A model generated the notes under the pieces. The model did not search any database. It was not told the origin of the DNA and worked only from the letters and a program-made list of their open reading frames with translations. Of a stretch of DNA of 55,769 nucleotides, positions 36,991 through 45,924 are shown one piece after another. The stretch spans positions 1 through 55,769 of the forward strand of contig JBPPMN010000362.1 in NCBI GenBank assembly GCA_051306055.1. Direction: 5' to 3'. The translations under genes were made by a program, and so were the position numbers. The first letter of the stretch is position 1. Each line of letters opens with the position of its first letter. This stretch comes from Acidimicrobiales bacterium (lineage in GTDB: Bacteria; Actinomycetota; Acidimicrobiia; Acidimicrobiales; VFJN01).

Positions 36991-38106
36991 TCAGGCCCTC
37001 GGGAGCCCCAGCATGCGGTCGCCGATGATGTTGCGCAGGATGTTCGTGGTGCCGCCCATGATCGTGTAGCCGGGGGCGTAGGTGACGTTGCGGCTCACCC
37101 GTTGGGCCAGGCCGGGCTCGGCCAGCATCGCCATCGGCCCCAGCGTGGCCGCACAGAAGTCGGCCACCCGCTGCTCGAACTCCGTGCAGAACGTCTTGGT
37201 GGCGGCGGAGAACTGCTTGGGCGCCTGCCCGAGCACCTCCCGCAGCACCATCAGCCGGCCGATCCGGTAGCCCGTCTCGAGCGCGGCCACCTCCTGTCGC
37301 ACCCGAGGATCGGACCGGTCGGCCAGTGGCAGGCAGTCGTCGTAGAGCTTGCGGTTGGAGAGCAGCCGGTCGATGCCGCCGCGCTCGTGCTCCATCTGGC
37401 GCATCACCTGGCGGAAGCTGCCGTTGAGCTCGCCCACCAGGTTGGCCGCCGGCACCTCCACGTCTTCGAAGAACACCTCGCAGAAGTGGTCGTCGCCGGT
37501 CATGTCGACGATCGGCTTGATGGTGATGCCGGGGGAGCGCATGTCGACGATCAGCTCCGACAGGCCCTCGTGGGGACGAGCGTCGGGATCGGTGCGAGCG
37601 ATCAGGTAGATCCAGTCGGCGTGGGCGGCCCCGGAGTTCCAGATCTTCTGGCCGTTGACGATGAACCGGTCGCCGTCGAGCACGGCCCGGGTGCGGATCG
37701 ACGCCACGTCGGAGCCGGCGTCGGGCTCCGACATGCCGATGCTCCACGCCGACGTGCCGTCGAGGATGGCCGGGAGGTGCTCCTTCTGCTGCTCGGGCGT
37801 GCCGAACTGCAGGAGGGTGGGGCCCATCTGGCGATCGGCGAACCAGGAGGTGGCCAAGGGGGCACCGGTGCCGATCAGGGCCTCGAAGACCAGGAAGCGC
37901 TCCAGCGGGCTGCGACCGCCGCCGCCGGCCTCGATCGGCCAGGTCATGCCCAGCCAGCCCCGCCGGCCCAGCTCGAGGGAGAAGGCCCGGTCGGGCGCCG
38001 CGATCCAGGTGTCCTCGGTGAGGTCGGCCTCGGCGGCCGCCGCCCGCCCGACGGCCAGGGCCTCCGCTCGCAGTTCCTGCAGCTCGGGGGGAAGCTCGAA
38101 GTCCAT
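36991..38106 (-). CDS. acyl-CoA dehydrogenase
   Basis: ACAD motifs: WSIGMSEPDAGSD, NGQKIWNSGA, and a C-terminal catalytic region ending in GGTTNILRNIIG. Confidence 0.9.
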   Translation of the reverse strand: MDFELPPELQELRAEALAVGRAAAAEADLTEDTWIAAPDRAFSLELGRRGWLGMTWPIEAGGGGRSPLERFLVFEALIGTGAPLATSWFADRQMGPTLLQFGTPEQQKEHLPAILDGTSAWSIGMSEPDAGSDVASIRTRAVLDGDRFIVNGQKIWNSGAAHADWIYLIARTDPDARPHEGLSELIVDMRSPGITIKPIVDMTGDDHFCEVFFEDVEVPAANLVGELNGSFRQVMRQMEHERGGIDRLLSNRKLYDDCLPLADRSDPRVRQEVAALETGYRIGRLMVLREVLGQAPKQFSAATKTFCTEFEQRVADFCAATLGPMAMLAEPGLAQRVSRNVTYAPGYTIMGGTTNILRNIIGDRMLGLPRA

Positions 38107-38141
38107 CGGAGCGAACCTACCCGCGCCAGCGAGGGAGCCTC

Positions 38142-39086
38142 CTACCGGGTGAGCACGATCTTGCCCAGCTTGCCGCCGGCCGCGAAGCGGTCGTAGGCGG
38201 CGGCCGCCTCAGCCATGGGCACAGCCGCGTCGACGGGCAGCGCCAGCCGCCCATCGGCCAGGAGCGGCAGCACGTGGGCCTCCACCAGGCGGGCGGCGGC
38301 GGCCTTCTGCTCCAGCGGTCGAGTGCGCAACGTGGAGGCCATGATGCGGCCACGCTTGGCCATGAGGGCGAGCAGGTTCACCTCGGCCTTGGCCCCGGCG
38401 CCGACGCCGATGACCACGATCCGGCCCGCGGTGGCCAGCGAGTCGAGGTCGCCGGGAAGGTTGGGGGCGCCGACCAGCTCGAGCACGACGTCGAAGGGCC
38501 CGTGGTCGACGAACTGCTCGGGATCGATGGCGGTCACGCCGGGGGCCAGGGCCGCCACGCCGGCCCGCTTCGCCGGGTCTCGCACCGTGGCCACCACCGA
38601 GGCGCCGGTCGCGGCACCGAGCAGCACGGCCGCGCTGCCCACCCCGCCGGCCGCGCCGTGCACCAGGAGGCGCTCGCCCATGCGCAGCCCGGCCTGGGTG
38701 AAGAGAGCGTCGTGGGCGGTGGTGACGTTCTCCGGCACCGCTCCGGCCTGCTCCCACGACACCGGCTCGGGCACCGGCATGGCCGCCCGCTCGTGGACCG
38801 CCACCCGCTCGGCCTGGCCGGCACCCCCGAGCACCGCCATCACGCGGTCGCCCACGGCGAACCGCGTCGCGCCGGGACCGAGGGCCACCACCTGGCCGGC
38901 GGCCTCCAGGCCGGGGATGTCGGCGGCCACACCGTCCGGAGCGGGGTAGAGCCCGCGCCGCTGGAGCAGGTCGGCGTTGCTGAGGCCCGCCGCCCGCACC
39001 TCGAGCACCACCTCGCCGAACCCTGGTGCGGGATCGGGGTGCTCACGCCACTCGAGAGCGCCGTCGACGATGGTGACCGCGTGCAT
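38142..39086 (-). CDS. NADPH:quinone oxidoreductase / zeta-crystallin-type MDR
   Basis: MDR fold without zinc ligands. Cofactor motif HGAAGGVGSAAV. C-terminal GKIVLT. Confidence 0.88.
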   Translation of the reverse strand: MHAVTIVDGALEWREHPDPAPGFGEVVLEVRAAGLSNADLLQRRGLYPAPDGVAADIPGLEAAGQVVALGPGATRFAVGDRVMAVLGGAGQAERVAVHERAAMPVPEPVSWEQAGAVPENVTTAHDALFTQAGLRMGERLLVHGAAGGVGSAAVLLGAATGASVVATVRDPAKRAGVAALAPGVTAIDPEQFVDHGPFDVVLELVGAPNLPGDLDSLATAGRIVVIGVGAGAKAEVNLLALMAKRGRIMASTLRTRPLEQKAAAARLVEAHVLPLLADGRLALPVDAAVPMAEAAAAYDRFAAGGKLGKIVLTR

Positions 39087-39111
39087 GGAGGAGAGCCCGC
39101 GCCGGTGCGGC

Positions 39112-40407
39112 TCAGCGCTCGCCGAGGGGCACGTAGTCGCGCACGCCGACTCCGGTGTAGAGCTGCCGGGGCCGGGCGATCTTGTGATCGTCCTCCAGCA
39201 GCTCCACCCAGTGGGCCAGCCAGCCAGCGGTGCGGGGGATGGCGAAGAGCACGGTGAACATCTCGGACGGGAAGCCCATCGCCTGGTAGATCAGGCCGGA
39301 GTAGAAGTCGACGTTGGGGTAGAGCTTGCGGGACAGGAAGTAGTCGTCGGACAGCGCAACCTCTTCGAGCTTCAGGGCGATGTCGAGGAGCGGGTTCTTC
39401 CCGGTGATCTCGAACACCTCGTCGGCCGTCTTCTTGATGATCGTGGCGCGAGGGTCGTAGCTCTTGTACACCCGGTGGCCGAAGCCCTGCAGGCGCCCCT
39501 TGCCCTGCTTCACCGACTCGATGAAGGCGGGCACGTTGTCGATCGAGCCGATCGCCGTGAGCATCTTGATCACGGCCTCGTTGGCGCCGCCGTGGCGGGG
39601 ACCGTAGAGGGCGGCGGCGGCCGCCGCAGTGCAGGAGTACGGGTCGGCGTGGGCCGAGCCGACGGTGCGCATGGCGGTGGTGCCGCAGTTCTGCTCGTGG
39701 TCGGCGTGGAGGATGAACAGCACCTCCAGCGCTCGGGCCAGGGCCGGGTTGGCGTCGTAGCGGGGCTCGGCGATCTTCCACATCATCGAGAGGAAGTTGG
39801 CGCAGAAGCCGAGGCTGTTGTCGGGGTAGACGAAGGGCATGCCCACCGACGACCGGTGGCAGCCCGCCGCCAGCGTGGGCATCTTGGCGATGAGCCGCAC
39901 GATGTGCTTGTCGCGGATCGCCGGATCGTGGATCTGCTTGGCGTCCTTGTAGAAGGTCTCCAGGGCGGCGATGGCCGACACCAGCATGCCCATCGGGTGG
40001 GCGTCGTGGTGGAAGCCCTCGAGGAACCGCTTGCGCACGTTCTCGTGGATGAACGTGTGGTAGGTGATCTCGTGCACCCAGGCATCGTGCTGCTCGGGCG
40101 TGGGCAGCTCGCCGTGGATGAGGAGGTACGCCACCTCGAGGTAGGTCGACTTCTCGGCCAGCTGCTCGATGGGGTAGCCCCGGTAGCGCAGGATGCCGTT
40201 CTCGCCGTCGAGGTCGGTGATGGCGCTGGAGGTGGCCGCGGTGGTCATGAAGGCGGGGTCGTAGAACCAGACCCCTGGCATGAGCTTGCGCCACTCGGTG
40301 GCGTCGACCCCTCCGTCGACGATCGGCACCTCGATCGACTCGCCGGTGCGGTTGTCGGTGATGGTGATGCTCTCGGCCACAGGTCGATCGTATCGACACC
40401 CCACCAT
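39112..40407 (-). CDS. gltA: citrate synthase (type II)
   Basis: ILRYRGYPIEQL, LLIHGELPT, HADHEQN, GPRHGGAN and GFGHRVYK are canonical citrate synthase motifs. The start could be ATG 40407 or GTG 40380. Confidence 0.92.
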   Translation of the reverse strand: MVGCRYDRPVAESITITDNRTGESIEVPIVDGGVDATEWRKLMPGVWFYDPAFMTTAATSSAITDLDGENGILRYRGYPIEQLAEKSTYLEVAYLLIHGELPTPEQHDAWVHEITYHTFIHENVRKRFLEGFHHDAHPMGMLVSAIAALETFYKDAKQIHDPAIRDKHIVRLIAKMPTLAAGCHRSSVGMPFVYPDNSLGFCANFLSMMWKIAEPRYDANPALARALEVLFILHADHEQNCGTTAMRTVGSAHADPYSCTAAAAAALYGPRHGGANEAVIKMLTAIGSIDNVPAFIESVKQGKGRLQGFGHRVYKSYDPRATIIKKTADEVFEITGKNPLLDIALKLEEVALSDDYFLSRKLYPNVDFYSGLIYQAMGFPSEMFTVLFAIPRTAGWLAHWVELLEDDHKIARPRQLYTGVGVRDYVPLGER

Positions 40408-40447
40408 CCCCGGTGACGCGGTGCGCCACGGGTCGACGGCGGGGCCT

Positions 40448-41791
40448 CTAGAGGGGCGAGTTGTCGTGCTTGCGGGCCACCAGCGCCTCCCGCTTGCTGC
40501 TGAGCATCTCGAGGGCGGCCGCCACCTCCGCTCGGGTCTCGCTCGGCTCGATCACGGCGTCGACGGCGCCACGGTCGGCGGCCACGTAGGGGTTCAGGAA
40601 CCGGGCCTCGTACTCCGCTTCGAGCTCCGCTCGCCGCTCGGGCGGCTCGCGGCGGTGCAGCACCTCGACCGCCCCCTTGGCGCCCATCACCGCGATCTCC
40701 GCCGACGGCCACGCCAGGTAGAGGTCGCTGCCCATCGAGCGGCAGTCCATCACGATGTAGGCGCCGCCATAGGCCTTGCGCAGGACCACCGCCACCCGAG
40801 GGACCGTCGCGCGGGCGTAGGCGAAGGCCAGCTGGGCTCCGTGGCGGATCATGCCCCGCCACTCGAGGTCCTTGCCGGGGTAGAAGCCCGGGGTGTCGAT
40901 CAGGGTCACCAGCGGGAGCCCGAAGGCGTCGCAGAAGGCCACGAACCGAGCCCCCTTCTGCGAGGCGGGGATGTCGAGGGTGCCGGCGATCGCCACCGGC
41001 TGGTTGGCCACGATCCCGACGGGCCGTCCGTCGATGGTGGCCAGCGCGGTCACCAGGTTGGGGGCCCAGCCAGCCCGCAGCTCGAGGAGCTCCCCGTCGT
41101 CGACCACCGCCCGAGCCACGTCGCGCACGTCGTAGCCGCCGGTGGCCGACGCCGGGATGCAGGCACCGGCCTCCGGGGTGGGACGCTCGGGCGGGTCGTC
41201 GGTGGGCCACCGCGGGGGCTCCTCGTCGATGTGCGACGGCAGGTAGGCGAGGAGGTCGCCGAGGGCGTCGAGCACGTGATCGGGCTCCACCACGAGGGCG
41301 GCCACGCCGGTGCTGCTGGTGTGCACGCCGGCGCCGCCCAGCTCATCGGCCCCGAGGGCCTCGCCGGTGAACGTCTCCACCATGCGCGGGCCGCTCACGA
41401 AGGCGTAGGCGTCCGGGGTCATCACCACGTGGTCGGCCAGGCCAAGGAGGAGCGCCGGCCCGGACACCACGGGGCCGGTGGCGGCCAGGAGCACGGGCAC
41501 CCGCCCCGAGCAGCGGGTGAGGGCCCGGGCCGCCGTGCCCCAGCCGTGGAGGGCGGCGACGCCGTCGTTCACGTCGGCACCGCTGGAGGAGATCATCGCG
41601 AGGAGCGGCAAGCCGGCTTCCAGGGCGTGGTCGGCCGCCTCGGCGAAGGTGTGGCCGTCGGCCTCGGTGATGGCGCCGCGACGGCGCTGCCCGGAGACCT
41701 CGACCAGCACCACATCGCGGCCGCCCAGGGAGGTGATCTGAGCGGAGAGGGCCCCGGGGTGGTCTGACGCGATGGGGACGGTGAGGGACAT
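40448..41791 (-). CDS. acyl-CoA carboxylase beta-type carboxyltransferase, N-terminally short
   Basis: Two crotonase-like halves (VANQP..AG.LD...S.KGARFV..CDAF..P, RKAYGGAYIVM). Only 447 aa from ATG 41791. Confidence 0.82.
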   Translation of the reverse strand: MSLTVPIASDHPGALSAQITSLGGRDVVLVEVSGQRRRGAITEADGHTFAEAADHALEAGLPLLAMISSSGADVNDGVAALHGWGTAARALTRCSGRVPVLLAATGPVVSGPALLLGLADHVVMTPDAYAFVSGPRMVETFTGEALGADELGGAGVHTSSTGVAALVVEPDHVLDALGDLLAYLPSHIDEEPPRWPTDDPPERPTPEAGACIPASATGGYDVRDVARAVVDDGELLELRAGWAPNLVTALATIDGRPVGIVANQPVAIAGTLDIPASQKGARFVAFCDAFGLPLVTLIDTPGFYPGKDLEWRGMIRHGAQLAFAYARATVPRVAVVLRKAYGGAYIVMDCRSMGSDLYLAWPSAEIAVMGAKGAVEVLHRREPPERRAELEAEYEARFLNPYVAADRGAVDAVIEPSETRAEVAAALEMLSSKREALVARKHDNSPL

Positions 41792-41823
41792 GTGGCCCTG
41801 CGACCCCGGCCGCCCGAGCCGGG

Positions 41824-42750
41824 TTACGCGGGTTGCGGGCGCTCCACCGGGTGGACCCCCTCGAGACGGGCGGCCTCGTCGGCCACCACATCGATCACTG
41901 CGGCCTGCAGCGCGCGCGCTGGGGCCGAGAGCAGGGCGCGGCGACGTCGGGTCAGTCCCACCGACCGGCGGGCCAGTCCGTCGACGGCCACCCGGTGCCA
42001 ACGCCCCTCGAGCCACCGTGGCGCGGCGGTGGCGGGCACGATCGCAGCACCAAAGCCCTCGAAGGCCAGGCTGGCGATGAGCCGCAGCCCGTCGACCTCG
42101 GCCCGGGCCCGCAGGGTGACCCCGGCGGCGGCGGCCTCGGCGTCGAGCTCGTCGCGGAACGAGGTGCCGACCGGCTCCAGCAGGAGGTCGTGCTCGCCGA
42201 GCTCGCTGAAGGCCACCCGCTGCCGGCCGGCCAGGGGGTGCCCGTCGGGCGCGATCACGAGCCGGTCCTCGTCGAACAGCGGCTCGGTCACGAGGTCGGG
42301 GTCGTTGAGCGGCAGGTTGACCACGGCGAGGTCGAGGTTGTCGTTGAGGACGCGCGGCACCAGGGAGGTCGTGGTGGCGTCGACCACCACCACCTTGACC
42401 TTGGGGTGCACCATGGCCAGGTGCTCGAGCACCACCGGGACCAGCCACCGGCCGACGGTGCCGATGCACCCGAAGCGCACCAGGCCCGTCACCTCGTCGC
42501 GGAGGGCGGCGACATCGGTGGTGAGCGAGTCGAGCTCGTGCTGCACGTGGCGGGCGCGGCGCACCACCACCACGCCCTCCTCGGTGAGCGTCCCGCTCGA
42601 GCGATCGACGAGCGTGGCGCCCACCTCCCGTTCGAGCCGAGCGATGTGGGTGGACACGTTGGACTGCACCGTGTGGAGGGCGCGCGCCGCAGCGGAGAAG
42701 CTGCCGGTCTCGGCCACGGCGATGAGGGCGGTGAGCTGGCGGAGTTCCAT
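41824..42750 (-). CDS. LysR-family transcriptional regulator
   Basis: MELRQLTALIAVAETGSFSAAARALHTVQSNVSTHIARLE is a textbook LysR HTH, followed by a periplasmic-binding-like effector domain. Confidence 0.9.
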   Translation of the reverse strand: MELRQLTALIAVAETGSFSAAARALHTVQSNVSTHIARLEREVGATLVDRSSGTLTEEGVVVVRRARHVQHELDSLTTDVAALRDEVTGLVRFGCIGTVGRWLVPVVLEHLAMVHPKVKVVVVDATTTSLVPRVLNDNLDLAVVNLPLNDPDLVTEPLFDEDRLVIAPDGHPLAGRQRVAFSELGEHDLLLEPVGTSFRDELDAEAAAAGVTLRARAEVDGLRLIASLAFEGFGAAIVPATAAPRWLEGRWHRVAVDGLARRSVGLTRRRRALLSAPARALQAAVIDVVADEAARLEGVHPVERPQPA

Positions 42751-42785
42751 CGCTCAACATGATGGCACCTATCGGAAACAACTGT

Positions 42786-42814
42786 TTGACGGATCGCTAG
42801 CCCGGGCGTACCGT
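42786..42814 (+). promoter_or_regulatory. candidate sigma-70-type promoter (TTGACG, 17 nt spacer, TACCGT)
   Basis: The -35 TTGACG at 42786-42791 and the -10 TACCGT at 42809-42814 fit the actinobacterial TANNNT pattern. They sit just upstream of the C-loop hairpins. Confidence 0.35.
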
Positions 42815-42820
42815 CGTGCG

Positions 42821-42942
42821 TACAAGAGGAAGCACTCCACCCCCCGGAGTGCCCTCCCAGCGAGATGAGGCCGGATCCCCCCTCTGGCCCCTCGCAAGAT
42901 ACGGAACACCGAGCCTCCCCCCGGCTCGGTGTTTCCGGTTTT
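42821..42942 (+). ncRNA. 6C-family-like small RNA (three hairpins with CCCCCC loops, last one a terminator)
   Basis: Hairpins at 42832-42852 (loop ACCCCCC), 42869-42889 (loop UCCCCCC) and 42907-42931, extendable to 42903-42935 (loop UCCCCCC), followed by UUUCCGGUUUU. The 5' end is estimated from the putative promoter. Confidence 0.6.
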
Positions 42943-42964
42943 CCGACAGGAGTACCGTCCTCAC

Positions 42965-44392
42965 ATGACCACCGGCGCCGCGTTCTTCGATCTCGACCGC
43001 ACTTTGCTCCGGGGCGCCTCTGGCCCCGCCATCGGCGAGGCGCTGAAGCAGGCCGGCGTCACCGACCGGAGCCTGCCCGGAGAGCAGCTCGTCTACCGGG
43101 TCTACGACCTGTTCGGCGAGAACCGCCCCAGCATGGAGGTCACCCGGCGGGCGGTCCGATTCGCCTCGGGCTGGGTGCGCTCACAGGTGCAGGAGGCCGG
43201 CGAGCTGGCCGCGGAGGCGCTGGCGGCCAGCCTGCAGCCCTTCGCTCGGCCGATCTTCGAGGAGCACCGCAGCGCCGGTCGTCCGCTGGTGCTGGCCACC
43301 ACCACCCCCTACGACCTGGTGAAGCCGCTGGCCGACGCCCTCGGCTTCGACGATGTCGTGGCCACCCGGTACGGCGAGCGCGACGGCGTCTACGACGGCA
43401 CCCTCGACGGCGAGTTCGTGTGGGGGCCGGGGAAGCTGCGGGCCATCCAGGAGTGGGCCCTCGAGCGCGGCGTCTCCCTCGCCGAGAGCTGGGCCTACTC
43501 CGACAGCTACTACGACGTGCCCATGCTGGCGGCCGTGGCCCACCCCGTGGTGGTCAACCCCGATCCCCGCATGGTCGTCGTGGCACTGCTGCGGCGCTGG
43601 CCGGTGGTGCACCTCGACGTGCCCGCCGGCGTGCCCAAGCTCCCGATCGTCGGGATCGAGCCCCAGAAGGCGCTGCTGTCGATGGTCCGCCCGGAGCTGA
43701 TGCCCTACGCCCGGTTCGACATCTCCGGGGTGGAGCACATCCCCGAGACCGGTCCGGCGATCGTGGTTGGCAACCACCGCAGCTACTTCGACCCCGTGGC
43801 CATGGCGGTTGCGCTGGCCAAGCGTGGGCGGCCGGTGCGCTTCCTCGGGAAGAAGGAGGTGTTCGACGCTCCGGTGGTCGGCCAGCTCGCCCGGGCGATG
43901 GGTGGCATCCGGGTGGAGCGGGGAACCGGGTCCGACGAACCTCTGGCCGAGGCGGCCGCGGCCCTCGCCGCCGGCGAGCTGGTGGCGCTGATGCCCCAGG
44001 GCACGATCCCCCGGGGCCCCGCCTTCTTCGATCCCATCCTGAAGGGCCGCTGGGGGGCGGCGAAGCTGGCCGCCCTCTCTGGCGCACCGGTGATCCCGGT
44101 CGGCCTGTGGGGCACAGAGCAGGTGTGGCCCCGCAGCGAGAAGCTGCCCAACCTGTTGGCGCTCGGCCATCCGCCCACCGTCACGATCCAGGTCGGCCCG
44201 CCGGTGGCCGCGCTGGCCGGACGGTCGCCCGATGCCGACACCAAGCGCATCATGAAGGCCATCACCGCGCTGCTGCCGGCAGAGGCGCGCCGCAAGCGCA
44301 CGCCCACCGAGGACGAGCTGCGCCGCACCTACCCGGGCGGCAAGGTGGCCGATCGCACCGACGAGGAGCAGCGCCGCCCCGGCCAGGACTGA
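42965..44392 (+). CDS. HAD-IB (SerB-like) hydrolase fused to a PlsC-type acyltransferase
   Basis: HAD motif I FFDLDRTLL and motif IV YSDSYYDVPML. Acyltransferase motifs NHRSYFDP, GGIRVERG and PQGTIPRG. Start at ATG 42965, because the track GTG 42929 lies inside the terminator hairpin. Confidence 0.85.
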   Translation: MTTGAAFFDLDRTLLRGASGPAIGEALKQAGVTDRSLPGEQLVYRVYDLFGENRPSMEVTRRAVRFASGWVRSQVQEAGELAAEALAASLQPFARPIFEEHRSAGRPLVLATTTPYDLVKPLADALGFDDVVATRYGERDGVYDGTLDGEFVWGPGKLRAIQEWALERGVSLAESWAYSDSYYDVPMLAAVAHPVVVNPDPRMVVVALLRRWPVVHLDVPAGVPKLPIVGIEPQKALLSMVRPELMPYARFDISGVEHIPETGPAIVVGNHRSYFDPVAMAVALAKRGRPVRFLGKKEVFDAPVVGQLARAMGGIRVERGTGSDEPLAEAAAALAAGELVALMPQGTIPRGPAFFDPILKGRWGAAKLAALSGAPVIPVGLWGTEQVWPRSEKLPNLLALGHPPTVTIQVGPPVAALAGRSPDADTKRIMKAITALLPAEARRKRTPTEDELRRTYPGGKVADRTDEEQRRPGQD

Positions 44393-44399
44393 CCGTCGG

Positions 44400-45770
44400 T
44401 CAGTGGGCCACCCACTGGTGCTTGCCCGATGCCTTGGCCTCGCGCAGCGCCTCGTCGGCCCGATCCAGCACCTCATCGGGACCGTCGCCCTCGACCAGGG
44501 CGGCGATGCCGATGCTCAGCCCAACCTGCACCTCGATGTCGTCGATGGTCATCGGTCGGCTGACCGACTCCACCAGCCGGTCGGCCAGCCCGCCGGCGAC
44601 GCCGAGGTCGCCGATGGCGGGGCAGAGCACCGCGAACTCGTCGCCGCCGAGGCGGGCCACCATGTCGGTGGGGCGCACACCGTGGCGCAGCCGGGTGGCC
44701 ACCAGGGCCAGCACCCGATCGCCGAGGGCGTGGCCGTGCTGGTCGTTCACCGGCTTGAAGTCGTCGAGGTCGAGGTAGAGGACCGCGGTGGCGCCGTCGG
44801 TGGCCTCACCGTTGATGGCGGTGACGAAGCTCGACCGGTTGGGGAGCCCGGTGAGGACGTCGTGGGTGGCGGCCCACTCGAGGGCTCGGCGACCCTCCTC
44901 CCACTGCACCACGAGGCCCACGAGCCCCGCCGCCCGGTGCAGGCGCTGCTGGCTGAACACGTGGCTGGCGTAGGGGTGACGGCTCCAGATGGCCAGGGCG
45001 CTGCGGGCGCGGCCAGGCCCTGCCGCGTCGATGCCGAGGGCCGTGAGCCACCGGTAGCCCGCCGCTCGGGCGGCGCCGAGGAAGAGCTCGGGCAGGTCGT
45101 CGATGGGGTGGTCGACCACCGTGCCCAGGGCCTCGGTGGCCTCGAACCACGGGGTGCCCGCCAGGGCACCGGGCTCGAAGATCCCGCCTCGGCCCGCCGG
45201 CGCGCCGATGGTCTCGTTGTGGCCGTCGTCGGTGCAGCGGTGGGCCACCACCACGTCGACGGCGGGCAGCTCGCCCGCGAGCATGTGGCCCACCCGCCCG
45301 AGCACGGTGGTGATGCTGTCGCCTCGACCCATGGCCACCAGCGCGTCCTCGAGCGAGCTGTCGGACTCGGCCCGCCGCAGCTGCAGCACGAGGCCGGTCA
45401 GGCCGGTGCGCACCGGTGTGGCCACGGCGATGGCGCACCGCACGGCGGCGCCGTCGGCGCGCACGAGCTCCACGACCGGGCCGATGCCCTCCCAGGTGGA
45501 GGCCTCCTCGGAGCGGGAGCTGATGTAGTCGGTGGCGGCCCCGAGCGAGGAGAGGGCGTCGTCGAGCGAGCTCGGGGCGACGAGCTCGATCATCGAGCGC
45601 CCCACCAGCTCGTCCGCGCTCCAGCCCAGCAGCTCGACGATCGACTCGCCCGCCCACAGCACCGTGCCCGTGAGGTCGATGACGCAGAACGGGTTGACGG
45701 CCGACTCGGTGATCTGGACCACCTGGTCGTGCCCGAACGCTGCGTCGCCGGCCTCACCGGGGTCGGTCAT
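44400..45770 (-). CDS. PAS/GAF-like sensor plus GGDEF diguanylate cyclase
   Basis: C-terminal HDVLTGLPNR, DLDDFKPVND, RLGGDEFAVL. ATG 45770 is preferred over the TTG at 45800. Confidence 0.85.
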   Translation of the reverse strand: MTDPGEAGDAAFGHDQVVQITESAVNPFCVIDLTGTVLWAGESIVELLGWSADELVGRSMIELVAPSSLDDALSSLGAATDYISSRSEEASTWEGIGPVVELVRADGAAVRCAIAVATPVRTGLTGLVLQLRRAESDSSLEDALVAMGRGDSITTVLGRVGHMLAGELPAVDVVVAHRCTDDGHNETIGAPAGRGGIFEPGALAGTPWFEATEALGTVVDHPIDDLPELFLGAARAAGYRWLTALGIDAAGPGRARSALAIWSRHPYASHVFSQQRLHRAAGLVGLVVQWEEGRRALEWAATHDVLTGLPNRSSFVTAINGEATDGATAVLYLDLDDFKPVNDQHGHALGDRVLALVATRLRHGVRPTDMVARLGGDEFAVLCPAIGDLGVAGGLADRLVESVSRPMTIDDIEVQVGLSIGIAALVEGDGPDEVLDRADEALREAKASGKHQWVAH

Positions 45771-45924
45771 CCCCACGCGGCCTCCCTGGCTCTCCTCCAA
45801 CGCGGATGGACGCTACCGGCCGCCCACCCTGCTGGGGAGGGCCATCTGGCCTGTTTTGCCCGCCTCCCGGAGGCGCAGATGAGCGAAGGCGGGCGAACCG
45901 ACCCCAGGGCGGTCCCGACCCTGC

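Noticed and set aside
41792-42781. Fusion of the carboxyltransferase with upstream sequence into a 777-aa ORF
   Set aside because: The upstream part is low-complexity and occupies the same DNA as the LysR gene, which is in another frame and has a textbook HTH.
45851-45900. Hairpins (CGCCTC-CCG-GAGGCG and GCCCGCCT...AGGCGGGC) as the aconitase terminator
   Set aside because: On the minus strand, which is the transcribed strand for acn, the stems are followed by an A-run rather than a U-run. They may still act as a factor-dependent or U-less terminator, but I cannot support the call.
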